Shown: positions 50,123-63,097, counted from the first letter of the stretch. The stretch: 64,000 nt of DNA from a bacterium (GCA_965221165.1 CBDCRP010000003.1:768001-832000), one strand, 5' to 3'. Numbers and translations: made by a program. Notes: generated from the sequence alone by a model not told the origin.

Positions 50123-52750
50123 ATGGGCATTCGCATCGCTATTGGGGCGATTATCGCCGTACTTCTCGGTGGAACAGGATATCTCGCTCAGCAATCCCAT
50201 TCAGTAAAAAATTTGTTGCAAAAACGAGAGAGCGAGCTTTCAAAAGAAAAAGATAGTTCCGCTAAGCTCAAAAGCGACATCCTCCGTTTCAAAACAAAAG
50301 AACAGCAGATGATGGGCTTACAGTCCCGACTCGAAAAAGAGGGAACCTCCGCCAAAACCCGGCTCCAGGAGATGAGCCGACTCATCGCCGAGAAAAGCGC
50401 CAGCATCGAGCAGGAAAAAGCAAAAACACAAAACCTCGAAGCCGCGCTCACGCAAATCCAGACGACTCTCGCGAGCGAACGCAAAGCGCGAGCCGAGGTT
50501 GAAAAATCAAATCAACAAAACATCGCGCTCGCCGGAAATCGAGCCGAGGAGATAAAGCGCCTCGAGACCCAGGCGCAAGAGATGAGCCGACTCGTCGCAG
50601 AGAAAAGCACCGGTATCGAGCAGGAAAAAACCGAAATCCGAAACCTCAAAACCACGCTCGACATACTCAACAGCTCCCTCGATCACGAACGCAAAGCGCG
50701 AGCCGAGGTTGAAAAATCAAATCAACAAAACATTGCGCTCGCCGGGAATCGAGCCGAAGAGATAAAGCGCCTCGAGACCCAGGCTCAAAAGATGAGCCAC
50801 CTCGTCGCAGAGAAAAGCGCCGGTATCAAGCAGGAGAAAACGAAAACCCAAAACCTCGAAGCCGCGCTCAAACAAATCCAGACGAGCCTCGAGAATGAAC
50901 GCAAAACGCGCGCCGATGTGGAAAAATCAAACAAACAAAATCTCGAACTCGCGGCCAACAGGGCTGAAGAGATAAAACGTCTCGAAACCCAGGCGCAAGA
51001 GATGAGCCGACTCGTCGCGGAGAAAAGCGCAGACATCGAGTTGGAAAAAACGAAAGCCCAGAATCTCGAACGCGCGCTCAAACAAATCCAGACGAGCCTC
51101 GAGAATGAACGTAAAACGCGCGCCGATATGGAAAAATCAAACAAGCAAAACCTCGAACTCGCAGCCAGCCTGGCCGAAGAGACGAAGCGTCTCGAAGAAG
51201 TACGAGCGCTTCTCCAGACCCAAGTCGTAAAGATGCGCCAACTCATCACAAATAAAAGCGCCGACATCGAGCAGGAAAAAGCGAAAACACAAAACCTCGA
51301 AAGTGCCCTCAAACGTATTCAGACAACCCTCGAAACTGAGCGGAAGATGCGCGCCGAGGCGGAAAAATCAAGCAAACAAAACCTCAAAATAGCCGGCAAA
51401 CGGGCCGAAGAAATACAGCGCCTCGAAAAAGCCAGGGGGCGCCTCGATACCCAGGTGGGCAAGATGCGCCAACTCATCGCGGAGAAAAGCGCAGACATCG
51501 AGCAGGAGAAGACGAAAACCCAAAATCTCGAACACGCGCTCGAACAAATCCAGGCGGCTCTCGAAACTGAACGCAAGACACGGGCGAAGATTGAAAAATC
51601 AAGCAAACGAAACCTCGAACTCGCTAAAAAACAGGCCGAGGAGATAAAGCGTCTCGAAAAAGTACGCGGGATTCTCGAGACCCAGGTTCTAAAGATGGAT
51701 CAACTCATTGCGGCCGAGCAGGAGAAAGCGACAAAACGCAATCTCACGGATGAGCGCAAGGCACCAGCGAAAGCGAAGGCGGAAAAATCAAATGTGCAAA
51801 CCACCAAGCTTGCGAGCAATCAAGCCGAAGAAATGAAGCGCCTCGAAAAAACCAGAGAGATTCTCAACACCCAGGTTCAAGAGATGAACCGGCTCATCAC
51901 GGAGAAAAACGCCAGCATCGAGCAGGAAAAAGCGAAAGCTCGAAACCTCGCGCTCGCGCTCGAACAGATCCGGACAACCCTCGTTGATGAGCGTAAAACA
52001 CGAACGAAGGCCGAAAAATCAAATGCGCAAAACGCCGAACTCGCGAGAAATCGAGCCGACGAAATAAACCAGCTCCAAAAAGCCAGGGAGCTTCTCGGGG
52101 CCCAGGTTCAAGAGATGAGCCAACTCATCGCGGAGAAAACTTCCGTGGCCGAACTCATTAAAAACAAACTGAACCAGACGAACTTGAGCCTTTCGGAAAC
52201 GATCAAAAAACACACCCTGGCGATCGCGCGTTCAAAAATACTCGAGAAAAAAGCGCAAGAAGAAGCCGAACGCTCCCAAAAGCTCGCATCAGATCTGAAC
52301 GAGATGAACAGCAGGTTAAAGAAACAATCCATCACGCTGGAACGGACCAAGGATTTGCTCCGCGTCACCTTCGTAAACAGTCTTTTGTTTGATTCCGGAA
52401 GCGCTAGGCTCAGAGAAAAAGGCTTAGAGGCACTTTCAAGTGTTGCGGAGTTTCTCCAAAAACAAGAAGACAAAGTGATACGAGTAGAAGGGCATACGGA
52501 CAATCGGCTCATCAGAGGCAATCTGCTCGGTCGCTATCCCTCGAATTGGGAACTTTCGTTCGCGCGCGCCGTTTCCATCGTCAAATTCTTGGAATCGAAA
52601 AATATATCGCCTGCGCGCATGTCGGCGACCGGCTACTCTTTTTACCGCCCGGTGGCGAGTAACGACACAGAAAAGGGTCGCACCAAAAATCGTCGAACGG
52701 ACATACTTCTAAGCAGCCATCGGTCAAACGTTGAGGCGGCAACCCCCTAG
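50123..52750 (+). CDS. Membrane-anchored long coiled-coil protein with C-terminal OmpA/MotB peptidoglycan-binding domain
   Basis: N-terminal TM; LLFDSGSA, VEGHTDN, SNWELSFARA, GRTKNRR. Confidence 0.92.
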   Translation: MGIRIAIGAIIAVLLGGTGYLAQQSHSVKNLLQKRESELSKEKDSSAKLKSDILRFKTKEQQMMGLQSRLEKEGTSAKTRLQEMSRLIAEKSASIEQEKAKTQNLEAALTQIQTTLASERKARAEVEKSNQQNIALAGNRAEEIKRLETQAQEMSRLVAEKSTGIEQEKTEIRNLKTTLDILNSSLDHERKARAEVEKSNQQNIALAGNRAEEIKRLETQAQKMSHLVAEKSAGIKQEKTKTQNLEAALKQIQTSLENERKTRADVEKSNKQNLELAANRAEEIKRLETQAQEMSRLVAEKSADIELEKTKAQNLERALKQIQTSLENERKTRADMEKSNKQNLELAASLAEETKRLEEVRALLQTQVVKMRQLITNKSADIEQEKAKTQNLESALKRIQTTLETERKMRAEAEKSSKQNLKIAGKRAEEIQRLEKARGRLDTQVGKMRQLIAEKSADIEQEKTKTQNLEHALEQIQAALETERKTRAKIEKSSKRNLELAKKQAEEIKRLEKVRGILETQVLKMDQLIAAEQEKATKRNLTDERKAPAKAKAEKSNVQTTKLASNQAEEMKRLEKTREILNTQVQEMNRLITEKNASIEQEKAKARNLALALEQIRTTLVDERKTRTKAEKSNAQNAELARNRADEINQLQKARELLGAQVQEMSQLIAEKTSVAELIKNKLNQTNLSLSETIKKHTLAIARSKILEKKAQEEAERSQKLASDLNEMNSRLKKQSITLERTKDLLRVTFVNSLLFDSGSARLREKGLEALSSVAEFLQKQEDKVIRVEGHTDNRLIRGNLLGRYPSNWELSFARAVSIVKFLESKNISPARMSATGYSFYRPVASNDTEKGRTKNRRTDILLSSHRSNVEAATP
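50366..52108 (+). repeat. Eight tandem coding repeats (210/231/189 nt units)
   Basis: GATGAGCC recurs at 50371, 50581, 50791 and 51001; protein units are 70,70,70,77,77,77,63,77 aa. Confidence 0.92.
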
Positions 52751-52763
52751 TATTTGTCTGGAA

Positions 52764-54017
52764 TTAAATTTTGAGCACAGCCTCGATTTCGGGACCGAGT
52801 TGTTTTTCCGCAATCACGGCGCCCGTAAGCCTATCTTCCTGAAACACCTCTTTGGCTACACGCTGAATATCTTCCTCGCCCACGGAGTCGATATCCGCCA
52901 ACTCCTCCTCCACGGAATACACCTTCCCCCTGAGCATGAGATTCGAGCCGTTTCGACCCGCATGATATTCCGAGCTCTCATGTATCTGGAGATTTCCCTT
53001 GATGTATCGCTTTGCTTCTTTCAATTCTTGACTCGTTACGTGTTCGGTCTTGAACTTTCCTGTTTCAGACAATATCACTTCGGTCGCCTCTACCGCCTTT
53101 TCGAGGGCTACGCCCGCCTTCATTTCAACCATGCCCGTATCGGTGTAGCGATGCGGCACGGCCCCCACGCTGTATGCAAGGCCCCGCTTTTCGCGTACTT
53201 CGGTGAATAACCTGCTGCTCATCTTCCCGCCCAGGATGTTGCACATCACCCGGAGCGGGGCGGCGTCTTCGTGATCCAGTCCGAAGGCGCGAAACCCGAG
53301 AGCGATGTTCACCTGATCCGTCTGGCGAGCCTGATCTATGATCTTGGCCTTGCTCTCCTCTGGCAAGCCGGGTGAGAGAGGCTTCTCGATGCTCCCGTCT
53401 CGATCACCAAAATATCGCTCGGACAACTCCATCACCTCCTCGTGCCTCACGCCGCCCGCCACGGAGATCACCGTGTTGCCGGGGATGTACCATTTCTCTA
53501 TCAACTCGCGCATGTGCTCGGGTTCTATCGCTTTGATGGTCTCCCGGTTCCCGATAACGCCCATTTGCAGGTTGTACACGGTGGTCTCCAGCATATCCGA
53601 CACCCAGATGCGCGGCATGTCCTCATACATCTTCAACTCTTCGAGAATGACCATCCGCTCCCGATCCCATTCGTTTTTATCCAACAGGCAGTTATTCACC
53701 GCATCCGCATAGACTTCCAAGACAGTGGCGAACGCATCGGCCGGCGCCGTGAAGTGATAGCAAGTGCGCTCGGACGCCGTATTGGCGTTGATGGATGCGC
53801 CGTTTCCCTCCATCTCACGCGCGATGTCGAGCGTCGTCCTCGAAGGAGTGCCCTTGAATACCATGTGCTCCAGCGCATGGGAAACACCCACCACCTCGTC
53901 GTGCTCATGGCGTCCGCCACAACCGAAATATATATGGAACGCCACCGCCGCCGACTCGGATCGTTCCGCAGTCACTACGCGAATCCCGTTGGAAAGTTTG
54001 TCCTCGACAATCTTCAT
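52764..54017 (-). CDS. M16 (pitrilysin) family zinc peptidase
   Basis: HALEHMVFKGT (HxxEH), NANT, SSRLFTEVREKRGLAYSV. Confidence 0.95.
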   Translation of the reverse strand: MKIVEDKLSNGIRVVTAERSESAAVAFHIYFGCGGRHEHDEVVGVSHALEHMVFKGTPSRTTLDIAREMEGNGASINANTASERTCYHFTAPADAFATVLEVYADAVNNCLLDKNEWDRERMVILEELKMYEDMPRIWVSDMLETTVYNLQMGVIGNRETIKAIEPEHMRELIEKWYIPGNTVISVAGGVRHEEVMELSERYFGDRDGSIEKPLSPGLPEESKAKIIDQARQTDQVNIALGFRAFGLDHEDAAPLRVMCNILGGKMSSRLFTEVREKRGLAYSVGAVPHRYTDTGMVEMKAGVALEKAVEATEVILSETGKFKTEHVTSQELKEAKRYIKGNLQIHESSEYHAGRNGSNLMLRGKVYSVEEELADIDSVGEEDIQRVAKEVFQEDRLTGAVIAEKQLGPEIEAVLKI

Positions 54018-54071
54018 GCGGCCTCCTGAATTGAAATACGCGAATCTTCGCCTGAAGGATTTTTATTTTAA

Positions 54072-54158
54072 TGGTGCCGGAGAGAGGACTTGAACCTCCA
54101 CGGGCCGAAGCCCACTAGAACCTGAATCTAGCGCGTCTACCAGTTCCGCCACTCCGGC
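54072..54158 (-). tRNA. tRNA-Leu (CAG)
   Basis: GCCGGAG/CTCCGGC acceptor stem with encoded CCA, anticodon arm CTAGA-TTCAGGT-TCTAG, long variable arm, GGTTCAAGTCC T arm. Confidence 0.97.
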
Positions 54159-54297
54159 GAGAAGATTGGTAGTCATTCCCTATATCGGGGGGTGAATGCA
54201 TTGTCAAGGATTCGAGCCGATGAATAAAAACTATCTCGTCATTTGGTATAGTTGCTGGAGAAGAAAACAGCGCCGAATCCGACAAGGCTTTTGAGAT

Positions 54298-54534
54298 ATG
54301 CGGAAAATCACATTTTATACGCGAAGCGGGTGCCATCTATGCCATGAGGCGAAAGCGGCGATGATGCGGCATTTCCCGGACCTCATGATCGATGAGGTCG
54401 ATGTGGATACGAATCCTGAACTAAGACGCTTGTACGGCGAGGAGGTGCCCGTCGGCTTCTTGGGAAAGATTAAGGTTTTCAAATTTCATCTCGACGTCAA
54501 ACGATTGCGCCGCCTGCTCGATGAACTGGAATGA
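54298..54534 (+). CDS. Glutaredoxin-like protein (DUF836-type)
   Basis: FYTRSGCHLC, VDVD, YGEEVPV. Confidence 0.88.
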   Translation: MRKITFYTRSGCHLCHEAKAAMMRHFPDLMIDEVDVDTNPELRRLYGEEVPVGFLGKIKVFKFHLDVKRLRRLLDELE

Positions 54535-54538
54535 AGAC

Positions 54539-55165
54539 ATGAGCCTGCTCGCGTTTTACGGATTCATCGTCGTCATTTCCTTAAGCGGTGTCATGTCGCC
54601 GGGTCCTCTCACCGCATTTCTCATCACACGCGGCAAAGAAAGCCCGTGGGCCGGAATCTGGGTTACTCTCGGGCACGCCCTGGCCGAAGTACCGCTCATC
54701 ATCGCCCTGTTCGCCGGACTGCAGCCTTTCTTCGAAACCCAGGGAATACGCGAGGGCATCTCTTTACTGGGCGGCGGCGTGCTCATTTATATGGGAAGCG
54801 GGGTATTCAGGAATTTCCGCTCCGCCGCCCCCGAGCAAAAGAGCGTTCTTCAGTGCAACGCCCTCACCGGCGGCGTCTTGCTCACGGTACTGAACCCCTA
54901 CTGGGTTTTATGGTGGCTCACCATCGGCGCGAACCTCATTGCGAGGACGAACGACTTCGGATGGCTGGCCGGCCTGGTGGGAATGACCGTCGTTCACCTG
55001 CTGGCGGATGCCGTGTGGGCCGTTTTCATCACATGCTCATCGAACCAGGGGAGTCGCATGATCGGTGAAACCGGGTGGATGCGGATCGAGCAGGGCTGCG
55101 GGTGGGTGATGCTCGGATTCGGGGTTTTCTTCGCCTACGATGGCCTGATGGGCCTTGTGGCCTAG
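54539..55165 (+). CDS. LysE-family exporter
   Basis: SGVMSPGP, LGHALAE, LNPYWVLWW. Confidence 0.9.
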   Translation: MSLLAFYGFIVVISLSGVMSPGPLTAFLITRGKESPWAGIWVTLGHALAEVPLIIALFAGLQPFFETQGIREGISLLGGGVLIYMGSGVFRNFRSAAPEQKSVLQCNALTGGVLLTVLNPYWVLWWLTIGANLIARTNDFGWLAGLVGMTVVHLLADAVWAVFITCSSNQGSRMIGETGWMRIEQGCGWVMLGFGVFFAYDGLMGLVA

Positions 55166-56094
55166 CCGCTCAATTTTTTTCGCCCATTTTCAATATCCAG
55201 GTGAATCTGCGCGACGAGTTCTTCGGGGCCTGAGAACTTCTGCTCCGCACGCAAGCGGGAGACGAATTCCACCCGAATGGATTTTCCGTAAAGATCCCCC
55301 TCCCAATCCAGCAAATGGGTTTCGAGAGTCACCTGCTTTTTGTCGAACGTGGGGCGATTCCCTATGTTCGTTACGGCGGGATATCGTCGGCCATCCCTTC
55401 CATCGATCTGCACCCGACAGGCGTACACCCCATTTTCGGGAATCAGGATGGCCGGGTAATCCACGTTGGCCGTCGGTATGCCGATTTGCCGGCCCCGCCC
55501 GTCGCCACGAACCACCCTTCCTCCTATCATATGGTGCTGCCCCAGCAGGCGCGCAGCCTCGTCTACCGCCCCGCTCAGCAGCAGCTTTCGTATTTCCGTA
55601 CTGCTGACGCGCCTTTCCTCGAACATATAAGGGTCCAGTACGTGTGTTTCGAACCCGGCGTTAGCCCCCTCTTCCTGTAGGAGTTCGACGTTTCCCGCAC
55701 GCCCTTTTCCGAAACGGAAGTTGAAGCCGATGACCACCAGCGAGGCTTTGAGGCCCTCGCCGATAATCTGCCGCACGAAATCCCTCGCCTCGGTTTGCGC
55801 AAGACGGGGCGTGAATTTCTCAATCACCACGGCGTCGATATCCTGGGCTTCCAACCGGGTCAGCTTCTCTTCCAGAGTCGTCATCAGAGGAGGGCGTCTT
55901 TCGGGAGCAACCACGGAGAGCGGGTGCGGCTCGAACGTCAATATGGCGCTCCGGCCACCGCGCCGGGCGGCCTCTTCTTTTATGAATCGGCAAATCTCTC
56001 TGTGAGCGAGATGAACGCCGTCGAAATTTCCAATGCTCAATACCGAGGGAGAATCCTCGCAGCCATAGGCTTCTACTCCCTCAAAAACTTCCAC
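55162..56094 (-). CDS. ribF: Bifunctional riboflavin kinase/FAD synthetase
   Basis: GNFDGVHLAH, VSSTEIR, GIPTAN, NIGNRPTF, LETHLLD. Confidence 0.97.
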   Translation of the reverse strand: MEVFEGVEAYGCEDSPSVLSIGNFDGVHLAHREICRFIKEEAARRGGRSAILTFEPHPLSVVAPERRPPLMTTLEEKLTRLEAQDIDAVVIEKFTPRLAQTEARDFVRQIIGEGLKASLVVIGFNFRFGKGRAGNVELLQEEGANAGFETHVLDPYMFEERRVSSTEIRKLLLSGAVDEAARLLGQHHMIGGRVVRGDGRGRQIGIPTANVDYPAILIPENGVYACRVQIDGRDGRRYPAVTNIGNRPTFDKKQVTLETHLLDWEGDLYGKSIRVEFVSRLRAEQKFSGPEELVAQIHLDIENGRKKLSG

Positions 56095-56394
56095 CGCTCG
56101 TCCACCTCAAAAGAATTTCACCTTACGCGAAGCAACCACGAACCAAATATCTCCCGCAGAAATCTTTCTAACAGAGCGTCGCGCATTTACGCAAGAAAAG
56201 AATGCGATTCTTCCTATGTCCCCCATTTATAAGGAGTAATCCATATGGAAACAAAAATTCATTTCCCTTTTCACCCTCACCTGCGTAATATAAGGCGAAA
56301 GACGCCAGAAAACTGGACCGCGAAAATGATATATAGATTCACGGTAAAAGCGATGTACGATCTACGCCGCCAGTAACGTGGAGCAAGATTTTTC

Positions 56395-58029
56395 ATGAAT
56401 CCGTCCAGATTGTTTTCTTTCTGTATCATTGCGCTTTCAATTTTCATCTCCTTATCCCCACTCCATCTCGCGGATGCGGCCTCCGCTGCGAAACCCGCCA
56501 TGTCCGCGGACATTTCATTACAACGTCCGCGCAGCAACGTGGCGCCTCCGACTGTGCGGGGACATCGCCTCGCGCTATCCATACGAGAAGCCGTGAGCAT
56601 CGCTCTTGCGCGCAATTTCGACATCACCATCGCCGGGTTCGCCCCCGGTGTGGCGGAAAGCAACATCCTCAGGGAACGCTCCGCCTTCGATCCCGAAGCC
56701 GTCGTGGATACCTCCGTCGGAAAATCCAAAATAGGATCGGCGAACAGCGTATTTAATAGGACCGGGGGAATACGAGAAACGGACACCCTGGGGATAGCGG
56801 CCGGCATTCGTCAAAGGCTCATCACGGGAGCCCAGTACTCACTCATCTTCCGAAACATCAAAGAATCGACGAATTCTCCACAAAATGTCTTCGACCCCAA
56901 TTATCAAACCAGCCTCACTTTCACGATCGAACAGCCCTTGCTCAAGAATTTCGGGATCGATCTCAATCAAGCCAGAATAAAGGTGGCCATGGCCACGAAA
57001 GAACAAACGCTTCACGATTACCGAATCAAGGTCATCGAGACGGTGGACGCCGTTCAACAAGCCTACTGGAATCTCGTCTTCTCCATCGAAAATCTTGAAT
57101 TCAGACGAAAATCTCTCGACCTCGCAAAAGACCTCTTGCGCCGAAACAAGATTCAAGTCGAGGTCGGTACCCTCGCACCGATAGAGATAACGGAAGCGCA
57201 GGCCACCGTCGCCTTCCGGGAAGAAGCCCTTCTCGTGGCGCAGCAAGAAGTCAGAGACCGCGAAGATATCCTGAAAATGCTCCTGAACGTCACGGATACA
57301 CCTGCTTCCTGGGGCATCCAGATCCTACCGACCGAAAAACCCAAATATAAGGCCGTCAAAGTGAATGAGATGCAACTCATACTCAACGCCTTGCGCAAGC
57401 ACGCGGAACTCGAAAACGCCCGAATCGAGATCGACAAAAAGAAAATCGACCTGAAAGTAGCGAAACAAAACTTGTTGCCCGAAGTCAATCTGAACGCATC
57501 CGCGTCCAACAACGCTCTTGCGGAAAACCAGGGATCCGCCATCGAAGAACAATTCAAAAACGAGAAATACACTTACTCTGGCGGACTCTCGTTTCGCATC
57601 CCCCTTGGAAACAGGCGAGCGAAGGCGGACTACCGACGGGCGCAACTCAGACACGCGCAATCGCTGGCCTCCTTCCATCAAACGCGGCAATCCATCATGG
57701 AAAAAGTTCACCGAAGCGCGCGCCGGATTCACCTGGACGTCAAAAGAATCGAAGCCACGCGCGTAGCCAGAAGACTGGCGGAGGAGCGCCTGGACGCCCA
57801 GGAGAAAAAATTCAAGGTCGGCCTCTCGACGAGCAGAGACATTCTCGAAGATCAGGAAAGGCTGGCCAACGCGCTGGCGCAAGAAACCCGGGCGCTCATC
57901 GACTACCGCAAATCCCTCGCCTCACTGGACAGGGCGACGCATTCCACGCTCGATCGATTCCAGATCGAAATGGTCCACCCCGGCGAGGCCGAGGCGAAAT
58001 CAACCAAAGCGAAAACAACCAAAAAATGA
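56395..58029 (+). CDS. TolC-family outer membrane protein
   Basis: Signal peptide; EAVSIALARN, QPLLKNFG, AYWNL, LLPEVNL. Confidence 0.9.
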   Translation: MNPSRLFSFCIIALSIFISLSPLHLADAASAAKPAMSADISLQRPRSNVAPPTVRGHRLALSIREAVSIALARNFDITIAGFAPGVAESNILRERSAFDPEAVVDTSVGKSKIGSANSVFNRTGGIRETDTLGIAAGIRQRLITGAQYSLIFRNIKESTNSPQNVFDPNYQTSLTFTIEQPLLKNFGIDLNQARIKVAMATKEQTLHDYRIKVIETVDAVQQAYWNLVFSIENLEFRRKSLDLAKDLLRRNKIQVEVGTLAPIEITEAQATVAFREEALLVAQQEVRDREDILKMLLNVTDTPASWGIQILPTEKPKYKAVKVNEMQLILNALRKHAELENARIEIDKKKIDLKVAKQNLLPEVNLNASASNNALAENQGSAIEEQFKNEKYTYSGGLSFRIPLGNRRAKADYRRAQLRHAQSLASFHQTRQSIMEKVHRSARRIHLDVKRIEATRVARRLAEERLDAQEKKFKVGLSTSRDILEDQERLANALAQETRALIDYRKSLASLDRATHSTLDRFQIEMVHPGEAEAKSTKAKTTKK

Positions 58030-58466
58030 GTCATCCCCGAATTTTGGGAATGGACTTCGGCGAAAAGCGGGTAGGCCTCGCCATCAGCGATTCTCTAGGC
58101 CTGACATCCCAGCCGCTCGGCCTCATCGAAAGAAGAAGTGATGAACAACTGCTGGACGAGATGATGGGCATCATCCGTGAGCGCGATGTTCATCTTCTGG
58201 TCGTAGGCCACCCCGTCGGCATGTCGAACCGGGATACGTCGAGGACGAAGCGCACCAGAAGACTCCTGAAATTCTTCCGGGAAAATCTCGATATCCCCGT
58301 TGAAAAATGGGATGAACGACTCAGCACGACGCAGGCGGACCGGATTTTGAACGAAATGGAAACAAAACCGAGCCGGAAAATGAAAAAGCGCGACGTCGTC
58401 GCGGCGCAACTCATACTACAAGCGTATCTGGATCACCAGAACATGAAACGCCCGCTTTCCCCATGA
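58026..58466 (+). CDS. ruvX: YqgF/RuvX pre-16S rRNA nuclease
   Basis: LGMDFGEKRVGLAISD, WDERLST, D.VAAQLILQ. Confidence 0.93.
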   Translation: MSHPRILGMDFGEKRVGLAISDSLGLTSQPLGLIERRSDEQLLDEMMGIIRERDVHLLVVGHPVGMSNRDTSRTKRTRRLLKFFRENLDIPVEKWDERLSTTQADRILNEMETKPSRKMKKRDVVAAQLILQAYLDHQNMKRPLSP

Positions 58467-59530
58467 CTGAAAACGAAAATCCCCAGCAAGAAACCGACCC
58501 CTCCGAAACAGCGCCTCCCGCTAAAAAGCGGCGGCTCGGAAAACTCCTGGTCGCGCTTTTCTCCCTCATGATCCTGAGCGGTTTTGTCGGCTATCAATAT
58601 CTCGACGAGGAATTCAACCGGCCCGCAAACCCGAGGGCGGATGAGACGATGCGCATCCACATCCGCCCGGGCATGTCCTTCGCCCAGATTCTCGAAATGC
58701 TGGAGAAGAGCAATTTAATCGGAAACCCCGTGTTGTTTCGCCTGCAAGCCAGGTTCAGAGGTGGGGCCAAAAACTTTCAAGCAGGCGTCTATGCGCTAAA
58801 AGCGTCCATGTCGCCAAGAGAGATATACCGCCATTTGTCAGAGGGCAGAGTCGTCCAGCGCACGATCACCATTCCCGAGGGCTACAACATTCGGGCAATC
58901 GCCCGAATGATTCGCCGCGCGAAACTCACCGGCGAAGGAGAAATTCTGAGGCTCTCCCGAGACGCTTCCTTTCTGAGAGAACTGAACATCACCGCGGCTT
59001 CACTGGAGGGATATCTTTTCCCCGACACCTATCATTTCCCGGTGGGCACTCCAGCCAAAAAAATCTTGGGTTTCATGGTTCGCACGATGCGGAGAAAATT
59101 CTCTCCCGCTCTAAGAAAACAAGCGAAAAGGATGGGATTCACAATCCACCAGACGCTTACGCTGGCATCGATCATCGAAAAAGAAACCTCATTGAGCAGC
59201 GAACGTCCACTCATCGCTGCCGTATTCATCAATCGGCTCAAGCGGAGCATGCGCCTCCAAAGCGATCCTACCGTCATATACGGGCTGCCCCAATTCGATG
59301 GAAACATCACAAAAAAAGATTTGCGATACGATTCACCCTATAACACCTACCTCCACCGGGGACTCCCCCCCGGCCCGATCGCCAGCCCGGGGCTCGAATC
59401 CATCAAATCGGCCCTGAATCCCGCAAAAGTGAAATATCTGTATTTCGTGGCCACAAAGAATGGCGGTCATCAATTTTCCCGAACTTACCGCGAACATCGC
59501 CGCGCCGTGAATCGATATCAACGCAGATAG
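58463..59530 (+). CDS. mltG: Endolytic murein transglycosylase
   Basis: TIPEG, LEGYLFPDTY, LASIIEKE, LQSDPTV, SPYNTY..GLPPGPI. Confidence 0.96.
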   Translation: MTENENPQQETDPSETAPPAKKRRLGKLLVALFSLMILSGFVGYQYLDEEFNRPANPRADETMRIHIRPGMSFAQILEMLEKSNLIGNPVLFRLQARFRGGAKNFQAGVYALKASMSPREIYRHLSEGRVVQRTITIPEGYNIRAIARMIRRAKLTGEGEILRLSRDASFLRELNITAASLEGYLFPDTYHFPVGTPAKKILGFMVRTMRRKFSPALRKQAKRMGFTIHQTLTLASIIEKETSLSSERPLIAAVFINRLKRSMRLQSDPTVIYGLPQFDGNITKKDLRYDSPYNTYLHRGLPPGPIASPGLESIKSALNPAKVKYLYFVATKNGGHQFSRTYREHRRAVNRYQRR

Positions 59531-59686
59531 GGACAGGTTGACCCCGGAATTGCGGTAGTGGCATGATTGTTAATTGGCGAACTCGTGCAAGAAGGCGCAA
59601 TGGCTCTAAAAAAATAGAGCGCAAATCCCTAATCTCTTATCCTCACTCGCCTCATCCAGAGGACGCCCGGACGGGGACTCGAATAC

Positions 59687-60472
59687 ATGGCGATCAACTT
59701 ACTCCTCCTCGACGAAAGCCTTCTGGTGCAACGCGTCGTGGAACTGGCCTTCAGGGATACAGGAGTAGATGTCCATATGGCGGAGAATACCGATGAGGCC
59801 TTCGAAATCGCGGAGAATGCGCCACCGGACATCGTCGTAGCCAGCCTGGACATGCAGAATTCCGATGGACTGGACTTTTGCCATCGCCTACGCCAAAAAC
59901 CGGAACTTTCCCAGGTGCCTCTTCTCGTTTTAACGAGCACCCGCAACAGCGCCAGCGATGAGGAAATCCAGAAGTTGGAAGCCACAGGAAACATCGAAAA
60001 ACCGTTCAAGCCGATTGTATTTACGACGGAGGTGGAACGCATTATCGGCCCGGGGGCCGGCCTACCGACTCCAGACCCCCAAGAACAGGCGGAGCCCGAT
60101 TCCCCGGAAAAAGCGATGGACGAAGAAATCCTGGAAGAAGCGCCCCAGCCTCCCGAAGACACTATAGAGGACTCAGAAGAAACTCCTCCCGCTCCGGTTG
60201 CGGAAGAGGCGCTCGAAGAAACGGAAGAATCTCCCGGCGAATTAGAAAGAGTGGCCTCTTCGAGCGAGGAGGAAGAACAACCACCCTCTTCCGGCCTTGG
60301 GCTAGACGGCGAAAAAATCGACCCCATCATCCAGAAATATCTGGAAGAAACGGCGGAAAAGATCGCCCCCACATTGTTGCGCCGCATCGAAGCCGTTGTG
60401 GTGGCGCAACTTCCCGATATAGTAGAGCAAATCGTTCTTAGAGAAATCGAAAAAATCAAGCGCGGAGAATAA
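59687..60472 (+). CDS. Atypical receiver domain, acidic Pro-rich linker and C-terminal helix (RomR/PopZ-like)
   Basis: LLLDES, KPF; Ser at the phospho-Asp position; C-terminal QLPDIVEQIVLREIEKIK. Confidence 0.8.
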   Translation: MAINLLLLDESLLVQRVVELAFRDTGVDVHMAENTDEAFEIAENAPPDIVVASLDMQNSDGLDFCHRLRQKPELSQVPLLVLTSTRNSASDEEIQKLEATGNIEKPFKPIVFTTEVERIIGPGAGLPTPDPQEQAEPDSPEKAMDEEILEEAPQPPEDTIEDSEETPPAPVAEEALEETEESPGELERVASSSEEEEQPPSSGLGLDGEKIDPIIQKYLEETAEKIAPTLLRRIEAVVVAQLPDIVEQIVLREIEKIKRGE

Positions 60473-60475
60473 CCT

Positions 60476-63097
<2,622 letters not shown>

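Noticed and set aside
50366-52108. Repeat array considered as CRISPR or a mobile element
   Set aside because: Units are about 200 nt, degenerate, in frame and coding; there are no unique spacers or cas genes.
54072-54158. tRNA considered as tRNA-Sec or an integration site
   Set aside because: The anticodon is CAG (Leu); no integrase or duplicated 3' end was seen.
56095-56394. FMN riboswitch upstream of ribF
   Set aside because: No RFN consensus motifs recognised; looks like an ordinary AT-rich divergent promoter region.
59555-59590. Possible sigma54 promoter upstream of the receiver gene
   Set aside because: GG-GC spacing does not fit the -24/-12 geometry.
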